From assembly GCA_965248835.1 (NCBI GenBank), contig CBDFLJ010000001.1:1024001-1088000 (forward strand): a DNA stretch of 64,000 bases, read 5' to 3'. Origin of the DNA: Alphaproteobacteria bacterium (GTDB taxonomy: Bacteria; Pseudomonadota; Alphaproteobacteria; MPNO01). The notes below the pieces were generated by a model. It was not told where the DNA came from and ran no database searches. It saw only the letters and a list, made by a program, of their open reading frames with translations. How positions within the stretch are numbered: the first letter of the stretch is position 1; every line of letters starts with the position of its first letter. The translations under genes and the position numbers were made by a program. This document shows, piece after piece, positions 54,527 to 64,000 of this stretch.

Positions 54527-54597
54527 CGGCCTCCTCCGGCGGAGCGTCGGCGGCAAACGGTACGTTGTCCGCGGCGGGCGGGCGCAACACGCCGGCC

Positions 54598-54900
54598 TTA
54601 CGCCCCGACCTGGAACGCCAGACGACGCAGCACGTCGCGGACGAACCAGATCCCCAGCAGGAGCACGAGCGGCGAGATGTCCAGACCGCCGAGATTGGGC
54701 AGGAAGCGCCGGATCGGCGCCAGCAGCGGCTCGGTCAGGCGGTAGAGGATGTCGGCGACCACATAGACCGCCCGGTTGGCGGTCTGCAACACGTTGAAGG
54801 AGATCAGCCAGCTCACCGCCACGGTGAAGATCAACACCCAGACATACAGCCCGAGAACGATATCGATCAGTGCGAAAAGAGGTCCGAGGATCACGCTCAT
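54598..54900 (-). CDS. YggT family membrane protein
   Basis: [31 protein letters not shown]. Confidence 0.93.
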   Translation of the reverse strand: MSVILGPLFALIDIVLGLYVWVLIFTVAVSWLISFNVLQTANRAVYVVADILYRLTEPLLAPIRRFLPNLGGLDISPLVLLLGIWFVRDVLRRLAFQVGA

Positions 54901-55112
54901 GGTCGACGGGCTCGCGGTTTTGGAATGACGTGCGCACGCGCGCAGCAGGCGGTCGGACGGCTGGCGCGACCCTAGCCGCAGCCCGATGGGCGCGCAAGCG
55001 TTTCACCGGCCCTCGCCCGCCTCGCCGGCCGGCCGCGAATGAGCGCTACGCCGCGCCCGGCGGGTTTGATATCCTCGGCGAAACCGTCGGGAGCCCGCTC
55101 GTGATCCAAGCC

Positions 55113-56276
55113 ATGCCGCGTTTCGGGGTCTTCCTTGGCCCCTTCCATGCCCTGAACGAGAACCCGACGCTGATGCTCGAGCGCGACCTTGCGCTGATCG
55201 TTCTGCTGGACCGGCTGGGGTTCGATGAGGCCTGGATCGGCGAGCACCATTCGGGCGGGTTCGAGATCATCGCCGCGCCGGAGATCTTCATCGCGGCGGC
55301 GGCGCGGGAAACCGGCCGGATCCGGCTCGGCACCGGGGTGAAGTCGCTGCCCTACACCCACCCGTTCATGCTCGCCGATGCGATGGTGCAGCTCGACCAC
55401 ATGACCCGCGGGCGGGCGATGTTCGGGGTCGGACCCGGTGCGCTGCCGTCCGATGCCGCGCAGATGGGAATCGACGCGCGCCGCACCCGGCGGATGATGA
55501 ACGAGGCGCTGGAGGTGATCATCCCGCTGCTCGAAGGCGAGCGGGTGAGCGCCAAGACCGACTGGTTCACGCTGCAGGATGCGAAGCTGCAGATCGCCCC
55601 CTACACCCGGCCGCGCATGGAGATGGCGGTGACCACGATCCGCTCGCCCGCGGGCGCGCTGCTCGCCGGCCGCCACGGGCTCGGCCTGCTGTCGCTGGGC
55701 GGGCATTCGGACGAGGCGCTGGCGGCCTACGCGCGGAACTGGCGGATCTACGAGGAGGCCGCACAAGCCCACGGCCATCGGGCGGACCGGCGCGGCTTTC
55801 GCATCGCGGTGCAGATGCACATCGCCGAGACCCGCGAACAGGCGCTGCAGGACATCCGGTTCGGCGTCGAGGCCTGGGGCGGCTATGCCCGCGACGTGCT
55901 GCCGCTCGGCCCGGTGCCGAAGGAGGTGCGCGACGTCGGGGCGTTCATCGTCGAGAACCGCGGCGCGATCGTCGGCACGCCGGACGACGCGATCCGCGAG
56001 ATCCAGCGCATGCAGACCGGCTCCGGCGGGTTCGGCGTGGTCATGTTCATGTGCCACGACTGGGCCGACTGGCCGGCGACGCAGCGCAGCTACGAGCTGT
56101 TCGCACGCCATGTGATCCCGCATTTCCGGGACCAGTTCGCCGCCCGGCAGGACAGCTACGACGACGCCGCTTCCCGCCAGCCGGAATTCCGCGCCGCGGC
56201 GCTCGACGGCGTGGTCGCGGCCACCGAGCAGTACGAAGCCGGGCCGGCTACCAGAAGCCGTCGTGGGCAGCGATGA
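55113..56276 (+). CDS. LLM-class flavin-dependent monooxygenase (limonene 1,2-monooxygenase-like subgroup)
   Basis: FGVFLGPFH, EAWIGEHHSGG, LDHMTRGRAMFGVGPGALPSDA, SYELFARHV. Confidence 0.92.
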   Translation: MPRFGVFLGPFHALNENPTLMLERDLALIVLLDRLGFDEAWIGEHHSGGFEIIAAPEIFIAAAARETGRIRLGTGVKSLPYTHPFMLADAMVQLDHMTRGRAMFGVGPGALPSDAAQMGIDARRTRRMMNEALEVIIPLLEGERVSAKTDWFTLQDAKLQIAPYTRPRMEMAVTTIRSPAGALLAGRHGLGLLSLGGHSDEALAAYARNWRIYEEAAQAHGHRADRRGFRIAVQMHIAETREQALQDIRFGVEAWGGYARDVLPLGPVPKEVRDVGAFIVENRGAIVGTPDDAIREIQRMQTGSGGFGVVMFMCHDWADWPATQRSYELFARHVIPHFRDQFAARQDSYDDAASRQPEFRAAALDGVVAATEQYEAGPATRSRRGQR

Positions 56277-56724
56277 TCTCGGCTTCGAGCGCGGGGTAGG
56301 GGCCGCGGATCCGGACGTTGCGCCGGCCGGCGGCGAGGACCTTGCGGCAGCCCAGATCCATGGTCGGGTTCTCCGGGTTGTCGCCGGTCAGCGCAGCCAG
56401 ACGGCTCTCGGCCAGGCCGTAGACCAGGGTTCCGATCCCGGCCCAGTAGATGCCGCCGGCGCACATGCTGCACGGCTCGACCGAGGTCACCAGCGTGCAG
56501 GTCTCGAGCACCTCAGGCTCGAACAGAAGCACCGCCTGGCGGGCGAGGTTGAGCTCGGCGTGGCCGATACTCTTCTCGGTCCGGTAGGTGTTGCCGCATT
56601 CGAGCGCGATCCCGCCGTCGGCATCGACCAGCAGCGCGCCGAAGGGGTGGTTTCCCGAGCGCCGCGCTTGGTGTGAGATCCGGATCGCCTCGCGGAGATA
56701 GTCGATGTCGGTGCGCGGCGCCAT
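56248..56724 (-). CDS. nucleoside/nucleobase deaminase (CDA/TadA superfamily)
   Basis: GNHPFGALL, GHAE, EPCSMCAG. Confidence 0.93.
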   Translation of the reverse strand: MAPRTDIDYLREAIRISHQARRSGNHPFGALLVDADGGIALECGNTYRTEKSIGHAELNLARQAVLLFEPEVLETCTLVTSVEPCSMCAGGIYWAGIGTLVYGLAESRLAALTGDNPENPTMDLGCRKVLAAGRRNVRIRGPYPALEAEIIAAHDGFW

Positions 56725-56732
56725 CGCGCGCC

Positions 56733-57395
56733 TCACGCCGGCCCGGGCAGATCCGCCAGGGCGCCGGCGATCGTGCGCTCGTACGCCCTGACCGCGGCGG
56801 CCGGCCCGTCGGGATGGTCCCACACGCCTGAGGCGACGGCCAGGAAATCCGCGCCGGCGGCGGCCACCGGGCCGCAGTTCTGCGCGGTGATGCCGCCGAT
56901 GGCAACGCACGGCACGGTCGCCACCTGCTGCCAGGTCCCCAGGATATCGAGGCTCGCCGGCGTGGTGACGCCCTTTGTCCGGCTGGCGAAGAATGCTCCG
57001 AACGCGACATAGTCGGCGCCGGCCTCGGCCGCCTCCATCGCCAGGTGATAGGAGCTCTTGCAGGTCACGCCGACGATTGCGTCTGCACCCAGCGCCGCGC
57101 GAGCCTCGGCATAGGGCACGTCGTCCTGGCCGACATGGACACCGTCGCAGCCGGTGAGCCCGGCGAGGTCGGGCCGGTCGTTCATGATGAAGGCGATGTC
57201 GCGCGACTGCGCCACGGGGGCGAGGCGCCGGGCGGCTTCGATGACCGCCTCGTCGCCGGTGTCCTTCAGCCGGAGCTGGACGCAGGCCACATCGCCCGCA
57301 TCCAGCGCCGCGGCCAGGGTCTCCGAAAAAGCCCCCGGGCCGCCCGGACCGAGGTCAGGCGGCGTGATCAGATACAGCCTGCAGGTCCGTTGGAT
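56733..57395 (-). CDS. thiE: thiamine phosphate synthase-like protein (start codon unresolved)
   Basis: [45 protein letters not shown]. Confidence 0.9.
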   Translation of the reverse strand: MQRTCRLYLITPPDLGPGGPGAFSETLAAALDAGDVACVQLRLKDTGDEAVIEAARRLAPVAQSRDIAFIMNDRPDLAGLTGCDGVHVGQDDVPYAEARAALGADAIVGVTCKSSYHLAMEAAEAGADYVAFGAFFASRTKGVTTPASLDILGTWQQVATVPCVAIGGITAQNCGPVAAAGADFLAVASGVWDHPDGPAAAVRAYERTIAGALADLPGPA

Positions 57396-58314
57396 GAGCC
57401 TTGCCCTGGTAGATCTTGATGATCGAATCGAGCATCGCCAGCGCCTCTTCGCGCGGCCGCTGGAAGGAGTTGCGCCCGATGATCGAGCCGTTGCCGCCGC
57501 CGTCGCGGATCGCCCGCACCTCGCGGTAGATACCCTCGAGGTCCTTTGCCTCGCCGCCGGAGAAGACGACGATCCGCCGGCCGTTGAAGCAGGACTGCAC
57601 GACATGGGCGATCCTGGCCGACAGATCGGCGATCTCGATCCGCTGGGTCTCGTAGACCTTCTTCGCCGCATCGAGGAACAACGCATCGGTGGGCGGCTTG
57701 ACCTTGACGATATGAGCGCCCATCAGGCAGGCCAAGTGGGCGGCGTAGGCGCAGATGTCCATCGCCGTCTCGCCCTCCTTGGACAGCGCGCCGCCGCGCG
57801 GATAGGACCAGATCACGGTGGCGATGCCGGCGGCCTTGGCCTCTTCGGACAGCTCGCGGATCTCCTCCATCATCTCGTACTGGTCCTCGGAGCCCGGATA
57901 GATCGTAAAGCCGATCGCCGAGCAGCCGAGCCTGAGCGCATCACCCACCGTGCCGTAGACCGCCTGGTCCTTGTTGGTCGAAAGGCTGTTGGCGCTGTTG
58001 AGCTTGAGAATGGTCGGGACTGCGCCGGCGTAGGTGTCCGCACCCGCCTCGATCATGCCCAAGGGCGCCGCAAAGGCGCTGAGCCCGGCATCGATGGCGA
58101 GCTGGAAATGGTAATGCGGGTCGTAGCCCGCCGGGTTGGACGCAAAACTGCGGGCCGGGCCGTGTTCGAAGCCCTGGTCGACGGGCAGGATCACCAGCCG
58201 CCCGGTGCCGCCGAGTTTGCCGTTCATCAGGATCCTGGCGAGGTTCGCCTTGGTGCCCGGGTTGTCGCTCTCGTAGCCGGCGAGGATCTTCCTGACCTTC
58301 TGCGTCACCTTCAT
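57355..58314 (-). CDS. fbaB: class I fructose-bisphosphate aldolase (DhnA/FbaB type)
   Basis: [39 protein letters not shown]. Confidence 0.95.
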   Translation of the reverse strand: MKVTQKVRKILAGYESDNPGTKANLARILMNGKLGGTGRLVILPVDQGFEHGPARSFASNPAGYDPHYHFQLAIDAGLSAFAAPLGMIEAGADTYAGAVPTILKLNSANSLSTNKDQAVYGTVGDALRLGCSAIGFTIYPGSEDQYEMMEEIRELSEEAKAAGIATVIWSYPRGGALSKEGETAMDICAYAAHLACLMGAHIVKVKPPTDALFLDAAKKVYETQRIEIADLSARIAHVVQSCFNGRRIVVFSGGEAKDLEGIYREVRAIRDGGGNGSIIGRNSFQRPREEALAMLDSIIKIYQGKAHPTDLQAVSDHAA

Positions 58315-58393
58315 ATCAGGGGGCCTCCATCCAGGATCAACCGGTCACACCATGCCATAAATGGCAACGCCGTTGCGTCAATAATCGGTCAAT

Positions 58394-58827
58394 TTACACT
58401 GATCGGGTCGGCCCACAAGGCCGGCCAGCAACGCGGTGACGGCCTCGACGGGATCGGCGGTGCCGTCGAGATCGAGCGCCGGCCTCCGATCGCGGTCGAG
58501 CCGCGCGCCCCGGGCGGCGGCGGCGGCGGCCAGCCTGCGCCGCATCGGGGCCGGGCCGTCGTACCGGACGGCCTCGATTCCACGGCGCAGCGCCGCCAGC
58601 ACATCGCCCGGCGACTCGCCGCAATCCAGCACCGCCTCGACCACAGCGGACGGATGAGCGCGCCGGGCCTGGGCGATCACCTCGGCGAACCAAGCCGGCC
58701 CCGCATAGCCCGCCGCCCCGGGGGCGCTGAGGACCCGCACCGGACGACCGGTCGCCACGGCCGCAGCGGCGGCCGCAAGCGCGTGCTCCAAGCTGTGAAT
58801 GATCACCGATTTCGGCGGCCTGGCCAT
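58394..58827 (-). CDS. conserved hypothetical protein upstream of fbaB
   Basis: IIHSLEHA, LSAPGAAGYAG..WF, LDCGESPG..LAALRRG; co-oriented with fbaB. Confidence 0.75.
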
Positions 58828-58960
58828 ATGCCATCGTGGCCGCCCGGCACGGCCGGATCAACGATTCCCCCGCTCTTGGGGCCTGATTTGTTGACCGCAC
58901 GCGGACCGCGAGCGTAAGCTGATTGCCCCCGCAGCCTTGCCGGAGGCGCCGGACCGCTCC

Positions 58961-59161
58961 ATGACGCGAATCGACGAAGCCCAGGAAAGGCTCGCCACGG
59001 CGCTCACCAGGCTGGAGAAGGCCGCGCGCAACCGGCCGTTGCCGGAGGGTGCGCTCGCCGAGGCCGAGGCGCGCTACGACCGGCTGCAGAGCGAGGCGCG
59101 CGCGGTTTCCGAGCGCCTCGACCGCACGATCGAGCGGGTGCGCGGCCTCCTTGGGCGCTGA
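58961..59161 (+). CDS. small coiled-coil protein (DUF4164-like) preceding zapA
   Basis: RLATALTRLE...VSERLDRTIERVRGLL; usual position before zapA. Confidence 0.75.
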   Translation: MTRIDEAQERLATALTRLEKAARNRPLPEGALAEAEARYDRLQSEARAVSERLDRTIERVRGLLGR

Positions 59162-59179
59162 TCGGAGGGACGCGCCGCG

Positions 59180-59527
59180 ATGCCGCAGGTCGAGGTGACC
59201 ATCAACGGACGCCGCTACCAGATCGCCTGCGAAGAGGGCCAGGAGGATCACCTGTCCGGTCTCGCCGGCTATCTCGACGACCGCGTCCGGGAGCTGGTCG
59301 CGGCGATCGGCCAGGTCGGCGACGCGAGGCTCCTGGTGATGTCCAACCTGCTGGTGGCCGACGAGCTGTCGGAAGCGTATTCGATACTGTCCAAGGCCGG
59401 GCTCCAGCCGCGGAGGGAAGGATCGCCCGCGGCCCGGATGGACGCGCGCGATGCCGGGCTCGCCGAGCGCATCGAATCCCTTGCCGAGCGCATAGAGGGT
59501 GTTGCGGCCGCGCTCGAGCAGGCCTAA
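59180..59527 (+). CDS. zapA: cell division protein ZapA
   Basis: VEVTINGRRYQIACEEGQE, RLLVM..LLVADEL. Confidence 0.93.
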   Translation: MPQVEVTINGRRYQIACEEGQEDHLSGLAGYLDDRVRELVAAIGQVGDARLLVMSNLLVADELSEAYSILSKAGLQPRREGSPAARMDARDAGLAERIESLAERIEGVAAALEQA

Positions 59528-59535
59528 ACATCTCC

Positions 59536-59697
59536 TGGGCGGGGCTGCCCGGTTCGCGAAACCATTTATCCCTGGGGCCAATATCAACCTCTCGGGAGCC
59601 GTCCCTGCCGGGGTTGTGGCCTCGGCACATGGCGCCCACCTGCCAAAGCAGGCCGCGGAGGATATGTATGGCCGGTCGGCCGCTGCGGCTCCGCCCA
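59536..59697 (+). ncRNA. ssrS: 6S RNA
   Basis: Between zapA and ygfA; ends pair (TGGGCGGGGCTGC / GCGGCTCCGCCCA); internal CCCTGGGGCC, GTCCCTG, GGCGCCCACC segments typical of alphaproteobacterial 6S. Confidence 0.88.
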
Positions 59698-59732
59698 CCG
59701 CCCGGCCGAGCCCTGCGCAAGGGAGACCGCGC

Positions 59733-60335
59733 ATCCGTGTCACCAGCCTTCGGGAGGCCAAGCGTGCCCTGCGCGCCGAGATGGCCGCCACCCGCGCGGC
59801 CTGGAACGGCGATCAAGCGGCCGCTGCGCTGGCGCTGCGCGACCAGTTTCTCGCGCTGTTCGTCGACGCGGCACCGCCGTCGGTGGCCGCCGGCTATTGG
59901 CCGATAGGAGACGAGCTCGACCCGCGCCCTCTGCTGGACGCGCTTTGCGGGCGCGGCTGGACCTGCGCGCTGCCGGTGGTCGTCGCGCGTGGCGAGCCGT
60001 TGTCCTTCCGGCGCTGGCGGCCGGGTGATCGGCTGGTCACTGCCGGCTTCGGGCTCAGTGAGCCGCACCCGGACGCCCCGGATGCGGTGCCCGATATCGT
60101 GATCGCGCCGATGCTCGCGGCCGACCCGGCCGGGCGCAGGCTGGGCTATGGCGGCGGGTTCTATGACCGGACCGTCGGCAAGCTGCGCGCGGCATCGACG
60201 GTGACGGTGGTTGCGATCGGCTATGATGTGCAGATCCGCGGCGCGGTGCCCGCCAGCGCCACCGACCAGCGGGTCGACTGGGTGCTGAGCGAAGCGCGCA
60301 CGGTGCGCTGCAGCACTGCACGGCAGGGAAGGTGA
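59733..60335 (+). CDS. ygfA: 5-formyltetrahydrofolate cyclo-ligase (start unresolved)
   Basis: KRALR, AGYWPIGDELD, PDIVIAP, RLGYGGGFYDRT, DQRVD. Confidence 0.92.
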   Translation: MRVTSLREAKRALRAEMAATRAAWNGDQAAAALALRDQFLALFVDAAPPSVAAGYWPIGDELDPRPLLDALCGRGWTCALPVVVARGEPLSFRRWRPGDRLVTAGFGLSEPHPDAPDAVPDIVIAPMLAADPAGRRLGYGGGFYDRTVGKLRAASTVTVVAIGYDVQIRGAVPASATDQRVDWVLSEARTVRCSTARQGR

Positions 60336-61160
60336 ATGCGGATACTGTTTTGCGGCGACGTGGTCGGACGGTCCGGCCGCACGGTCGTCACCCGGCGCCT
60401 GCCGGAGCTGCGGCAATCGCTCGACCTCGATTTTGTTGTGGTCAACGGCGAGAACGCGGCCGGCGGGTTCGGCATCACGCCGAAGATTTGCGAGGATCTG
60501 TTCGCCGCCGGGGCCGATGCGATCACCACCGGCAACCACGTCTTCGATCAGCGCGAGATCATCCCCCATTTCGACCGCGAGCCGCGCCTGCTCAGGCCCG
60601 ACAACTACCCCAAGCCGACGCCCGGCAGGGGCACCGGCGTCTTCGCGGACCGGCGTGGCCGCAAGGTCCTGATCCTGCACATGATGGGGCGGCTGTTCAT
60701 GGACCCGCTGGACGACCCGTTCGCCTTCGCGGCTGCGGCGCTGGAGCGCGACGGGCTGGCCCGCACGGTGCATGCGATCCTGGTCGACTTCCACGGCGAG
60801 GCGACGAGCGAGAAGATGGCCATGGGCCATTATCTCGACGGCCGGGTCTCGCTGGTCGTGGGCACCCACACCCATGTGCCGACGGCCGATGCCCAGATCC
60901 TGCCCGGCGGCACCGGCTACCAGAGCGACATCGGCATGTGCGGCGACTACGATTCGGTGATCGGCATGAAGAAGGCGGTCTCGGTGGAGCGCTTCGTGCG
61001 CAAGATGCCGACCCAGCGGCTGGAGGCCGCCGACGGCCCGGCGACGCTGTGCGCGACCTTCGTCGAGCTCGACGACGCCTCCGGCCTGACCAGGCGCATC
61101 GCTCCGGTGCGTCTGGGCGGGCGTCTGGCCGAATCGGTGCCCGAGATCCGTCCCGGCTGA
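60336..61160 (+). CDS. TIGR00282/YmdB family metallophosphoesterase
   Basis: GDVVGRSGR, NGENAAGG, TTGNH, DFHGEATSEK, GTHTHVPT. Confidence 0.95.
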   Translation: MRILFCGDVVGRSGRTVVTRRLPELRQSLDLDFVVVNGENAAGGFGITPKICEDLFAAGADAITTGNHVFDQREIIPHFDREPRLLRPDNYPKPTPGRGTGVFADRRGRKVLILHMMGRLFMDPLDDPFAFAAAALERDGLARTVHAILVDFHGEATSEKMAMGHYLDGRVSLVVGTHTHVPTADAQILPGGTGYQSDIGMCGDYDSVIGMKKAVSVERFVRKMPTQRLEAADGPATLCATFVELDDASGLTRRIAPVRLGGRLAESVPEIRPG

Positions 61161-61333
61161 GCCGAATCGTCATTTCGCAACAGGGAATTACCGAAAAGCC
61201 CAATTCTTGCCATATTGGCCTGATACCGGCGTGAGGCCTGATCACGCGGTTTCCGGAATCGGCCGGGTTGGTGTAGTCTCCGCGCCGCCCGTCCAGGATC
61301 GGACACCGGAGTCCCCAGGCGGTTCGAGGTTGC

Positions 61334-62083
61334 ATGGCCGGTCATTCCAAATTCAAGAACATCATGCACCGCAAGGGCGCGCAGGACGCCAAGCGCGCCA
61401 AGCTGTTCACCCGCCTGATCCGCGAGCTTACCGTCGCGGCCCGATCCGGCCTGCCCGACCCGGAGCAGAACCCACGGCTGCGCGCAGCGATGCTGTCGGC
61501 GAAGGCGGCCAACATGGGCGGGGATACGATCGAACGCGCGATCCGGCGCGGCTCCAGCGCCGAGGAAGGCGAGCAGTATGACGAGGTCCGCTACGAGGGC
61601 TATGGACCGGCCGGGGTCGCGATCATCGTCGAGGCGCTGACCGGCAACCGCAACCGCACCGCGAGCGAGGTCCGCACGGCGTTCGCCAAGCACGGCGGCA
61701 CACTGGGCGAGACCAACAGCGTCGCGTTCATGTTCGAGCGCGTCGGGATGATACAGTTCCCGCTGAACAAAGCGTCCGCCGAGGAGATGTTCGAGGCCGC
61801 GCTCGAGGCCGGCGCGAGCGAGATCGATACCTCCGGTGACGGCCACGAGGTGCTGTGCGCGCCCGACGACTTCAACGACGTGCGCGAGGCGCTGGAAGGC
61901 CGCTTCGAGGGGGCCGAGAGCGCCGCGCTGTCCTGGCGGCCGCAGACCACGGTCGATCTCGACGAGGACAGCGCAGGCCGGCTCTTCAAGCTGCTCGATG
62001 TCCTGGAGGACAACGACGACGTCCAATCGGTGGCGACGAATTTCAGCGTCTCCGACGACGTGGCAGCGAAGCTGACCGGCTAA
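61334..62083 (+). CDS. yebC: YebC/PmpR family protein
   Basis: [34 protein letters not shown]. Confidence 0.97.
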   Translation: MAGHSKFKNIMHRKGAQDAKRAKLFTRLIRELTVAARSGLPDPEQNPRLRAAMLSAKAANMGGDTIERAIRRGSSAEEGEQYDEVRYEGYGPAGVAIIVEALTGNRNRTASEVRTAFAKHGGTLGETNSVAFMFERVGMIQFPLNKASAEEMFEAALEAGASEIDTSGDGHEVLCAPDDFNDVREALEGRFEGAESAALSWRPQTTVDLDEDSAGRLFKLLDVLEDNDDVQSVATNFSVSDDVAAKLTG

Positions 62084-62110
62084 GCGGATGAAGGGCGGCG
62101 GAATTTCGAC

Positions 62111-62620
62111 ATGAGACTCCTCGGGCTCGATCCCGGCCTGCGCGCCACCGGTTGGGGCGTGATCGACGCGGCGGCGAACCGGCTCCGCCATGTCGCACAC
62201 GGGACCATCCTCCCGCCGCGCGAGGGCACGCTGGCCGAGCGCCTGGCCGCGCTCTACCGGGCGCTGGTCGCGGTCATCGAGGCCCAGAGGCCCGACGAGG
62301 CGGCGGTCGAGGAGACCTTCGTCAACCGCAATCCGGCGTCCACCTTGCTACTCGGCCAGGCCCGCGGGGTGGTGCTGCTGGCGCCTGCCGAAGCCGGGAT
62401 CGTGGTCGCGGAGTACCCGGCGAACCTGGTCAAGAAATCGCTGGTCGGCGCCGGCCACGCCGATAAGCGCCAGATCGCCGCCATGGTGGAGGCGCTCCTT
62501 CCCGGCACCGGGGCGGTCGCCGGCGACGCCGCCGATGCGCTGGCGGTCGCGATCTGCCATGCCCATCACCGCGCGACCCGGCGGCGCTGGGCGGACGCCC
62601 AGGCGGAGGCGCTTCCGTGA
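62111..62620 (+). CDS. ruvC: Holliday junction resolvase RuvC
   Basis: [31 protein letters not shown]. Confidence 0.97.
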   Translation: MRLLGLDPGLRATGWGVIDAAANRLRHVAHGTILPPREGTLAERLAALYRALVAVIEAQRPDEAAVEETFVNRNPASTLLLGQARGVVLLAPAEAGIVVAEYPANLVKKSLVGAGHADKRQIAAMVEALLPGTGAVAGDAADALAVAICHAHHRATRRRWADAQAEALP

Positions 62621-63222
62621 TCGCCAAGCTGTCCGGCACGCTCGATTCGGCTGGCGAGGATTCGCTGATCGTCGATGTCGGCGGCGTCGGCTATCTGGTG
62701 TTCTGCTCGATGAGAACCCGCGAGGCGCTGCCCGGGCCTGGCGAGCCGATGAGCCTCCATATCGAGACCCATGTCCGCGAGGACCATATCCACCTCTACG
62801 GCTTCGCGGCCGCCGCCGAGCGCGAGTGGTTCCGGCTGCTGACCACCGTCCAGGGGGTGGGCGCCCGCGTCGCGCTGGCGATCCTGTCGGCGCTCAGCCC
62901 CGAACGGCTGTCCGATGCGCTGATCGGCGCAGACCGGGCGATGCTGACCCATGCGCCCGGCGTCGGCCCGAAGCTCGCCGGGCGGATCGTCTCCGAGCTC
63001 AAGGACAAGGTCGCGGTCGTCGACGGGCCGCTGGCCGGGTTTGCCGCCGTGCCGCCGGCCGAACGGCCGGCGGCGCTCGACGACGCGGTCTCGGCCCTGG
63101 TCAATCTGGGCTATAGCCGCGGCGATGCCTTCGGCGCGGTTGCCCAGGCCGCCCGCGGCCTCGGCCCGGGTGTCGCGGTCGAGTCATTGATCCGCGCCGG
63201 GTTGCGGGAGCTCAGCGCATGA
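62617..63222 (+). CDS. ruvA: Holliday junction branch migration protein RuvA
   Basis: [37 protein letters not shown]. Confidence 0.97.
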   Translation: MIAKLSGTLDSAGEDSLIVDVGGVGYLVFCSMRTREALPGPGEPMSLHIETHVREDHIHLYGFAAAAEREWFRLLTTVQGVGARVALAILSALSPERLSDALIGADRAMLTHAPGVGPKLAGRIVSELKDKVAVVDGPLAGFAAVPPAERPAALDDAVSALVNLGYSRGDAFGAVAQAARGLGPGVAVESLIRAGLRELSA

Positions 63223-64000
63223 ACGAGCCCGGCCCGGTCGACCCCGACTACCATGCCGAGAGCGATTCCGGCGAGGGTGTGCTCCGCCCGCGCCAGCTCA
63301 CCGACTTCATCGGACAGGCCCAGCTCCGGCGCAACCTGGCGGTGTTCATCGAGGCCGCCCGGAGCCGGGGGGACGCCTTGGACCACGTCCTGCTGCACGG
63401 CCCGCCGGGGCTCGGCAAGACGACGCTGGCCCATATCATCGCGCGCGAGCTCGGCGTGGGATTCCGTGCCACTTCCGGCCCGGTGCTCGCAAAGGCCGGC
63501 GACCTGGCCGCGGTGCTGACCAATCTCGAGCGGCGCGACGTCCTGTTCATCGACGAGATCCACCGCCTAAACCCGGCCGTGGAGGAGATCCTCTATCCGG
63601 CGATGGAGGATTTCCAGCTCGACCTGATGATCGGCGAGGGGCCGGCGGCGCGCTCTGTCAGGATCGACCTGGCACGGTTCACCCTGATCGGGGCGACCAC
63701 CCGGTCCGGGCTGGTGGCGACGCCGCTGCGCGATCGGTTCGGCATCCCGCTGCGACTGGATTTCTATACCGCCGCCGAGCTCGAAGTGATCGTCACCCGC
63801 GCGGCCGGACTGCTGGATGTCGCCGTGTCGGGCGACGGCGCGGCGGAAATCGCCAGGCGGTCGCGCGGCACGCCGCGGATCGCCGGGCGCCTGCTGCGCC
63901 GGCTGCGCGATTTTGCCGCCGTCGAAGGTGCGGTCCGGATCGATGCGGCAATGGCCGACGAAGGCCTGCGCCGGCTGGAGGTCGACCGGCTCGGGCTCGA
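63219..64000 (+). CDS. ruvB: Holliday junction helicase RuvB (runs off window)
   Basis: [52 protein letters not shown]. Confidence 0.97.
   Translation, partial: MNEPGPVDPDYHAESDSGEGVLRPRQLTDFIGQAQLRRNLAVFIEAARSRGDALDHVLLHGPPGLGKTTLAHIIARELGVGFRATSGPVLAKAGDLAAVLTNLERRDVLFIDEIHRLNPAVEEILYPAMEDFQLDLMIGEGPAARSVRIDLARFTLIGATTRSGLVATPLRDRFGIPLRLDFYTAAELEVIVTRAAGLLDVAVSGDGAAEIARRSRGTPRIAGRLLRRLRDFAAVEGAVRIDAAMADEGLRRLEVDRLGL

Overview
High-GC alphaproteobacterial chromosome segment; gene order and content look Rhodospirillales-like. Positions 1-32.8 kb are mostly core: mutS end, glnD, murJ, trpS, a TauE/TIGR02186/Usp trio, three cell-wall enzymes, then the conserved run tsaB-rimI-mucR-fur-olsB/olsA-miaB-phoH-ybeY-corC-lnt-HTH-metK-trmB-rimP-nusA-ylxR-infB-rbfA-truB-rpsO-pnp. 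Positions 52.4-64 kb are core again: argG, folD, yggT, thiE, fbaB, zapA, 6S RNA, ygfA, ymdB, yebC, ruvCAB. The 33-52 kb interval is the interesting part. (i) A FabX/UfaA-like FMN/[4Fe-4S] flavoprotein lies between pnp and irr, where other alphaproteobacteria carry fabI-fabB-fabA. (ii) katG follows irr behind an ICE (Irr) box and a clean sigma70 promoter, and directly downstream a rubrerythrin operon has apparently collapsed to a rubrerythrin N-terminus joined to a DUF3501-like C-terminus. (iii) A tRNA 3' fragment opens an eroding accessory region containing a dead vapBC, nested IS630/IS5 remnants, Rieske oxygenases, GST, TRAP, LLM, a heme-oxygenase-like diiron enzyme, GFA and many short gene stubs. 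(iv) An orphan non-coding element has an IHF consensus and four repeats at an exact 22-bp period. All family calls come from motif recognition by eye, with no database search; some frameshifts may be sequencing or assembly errors.
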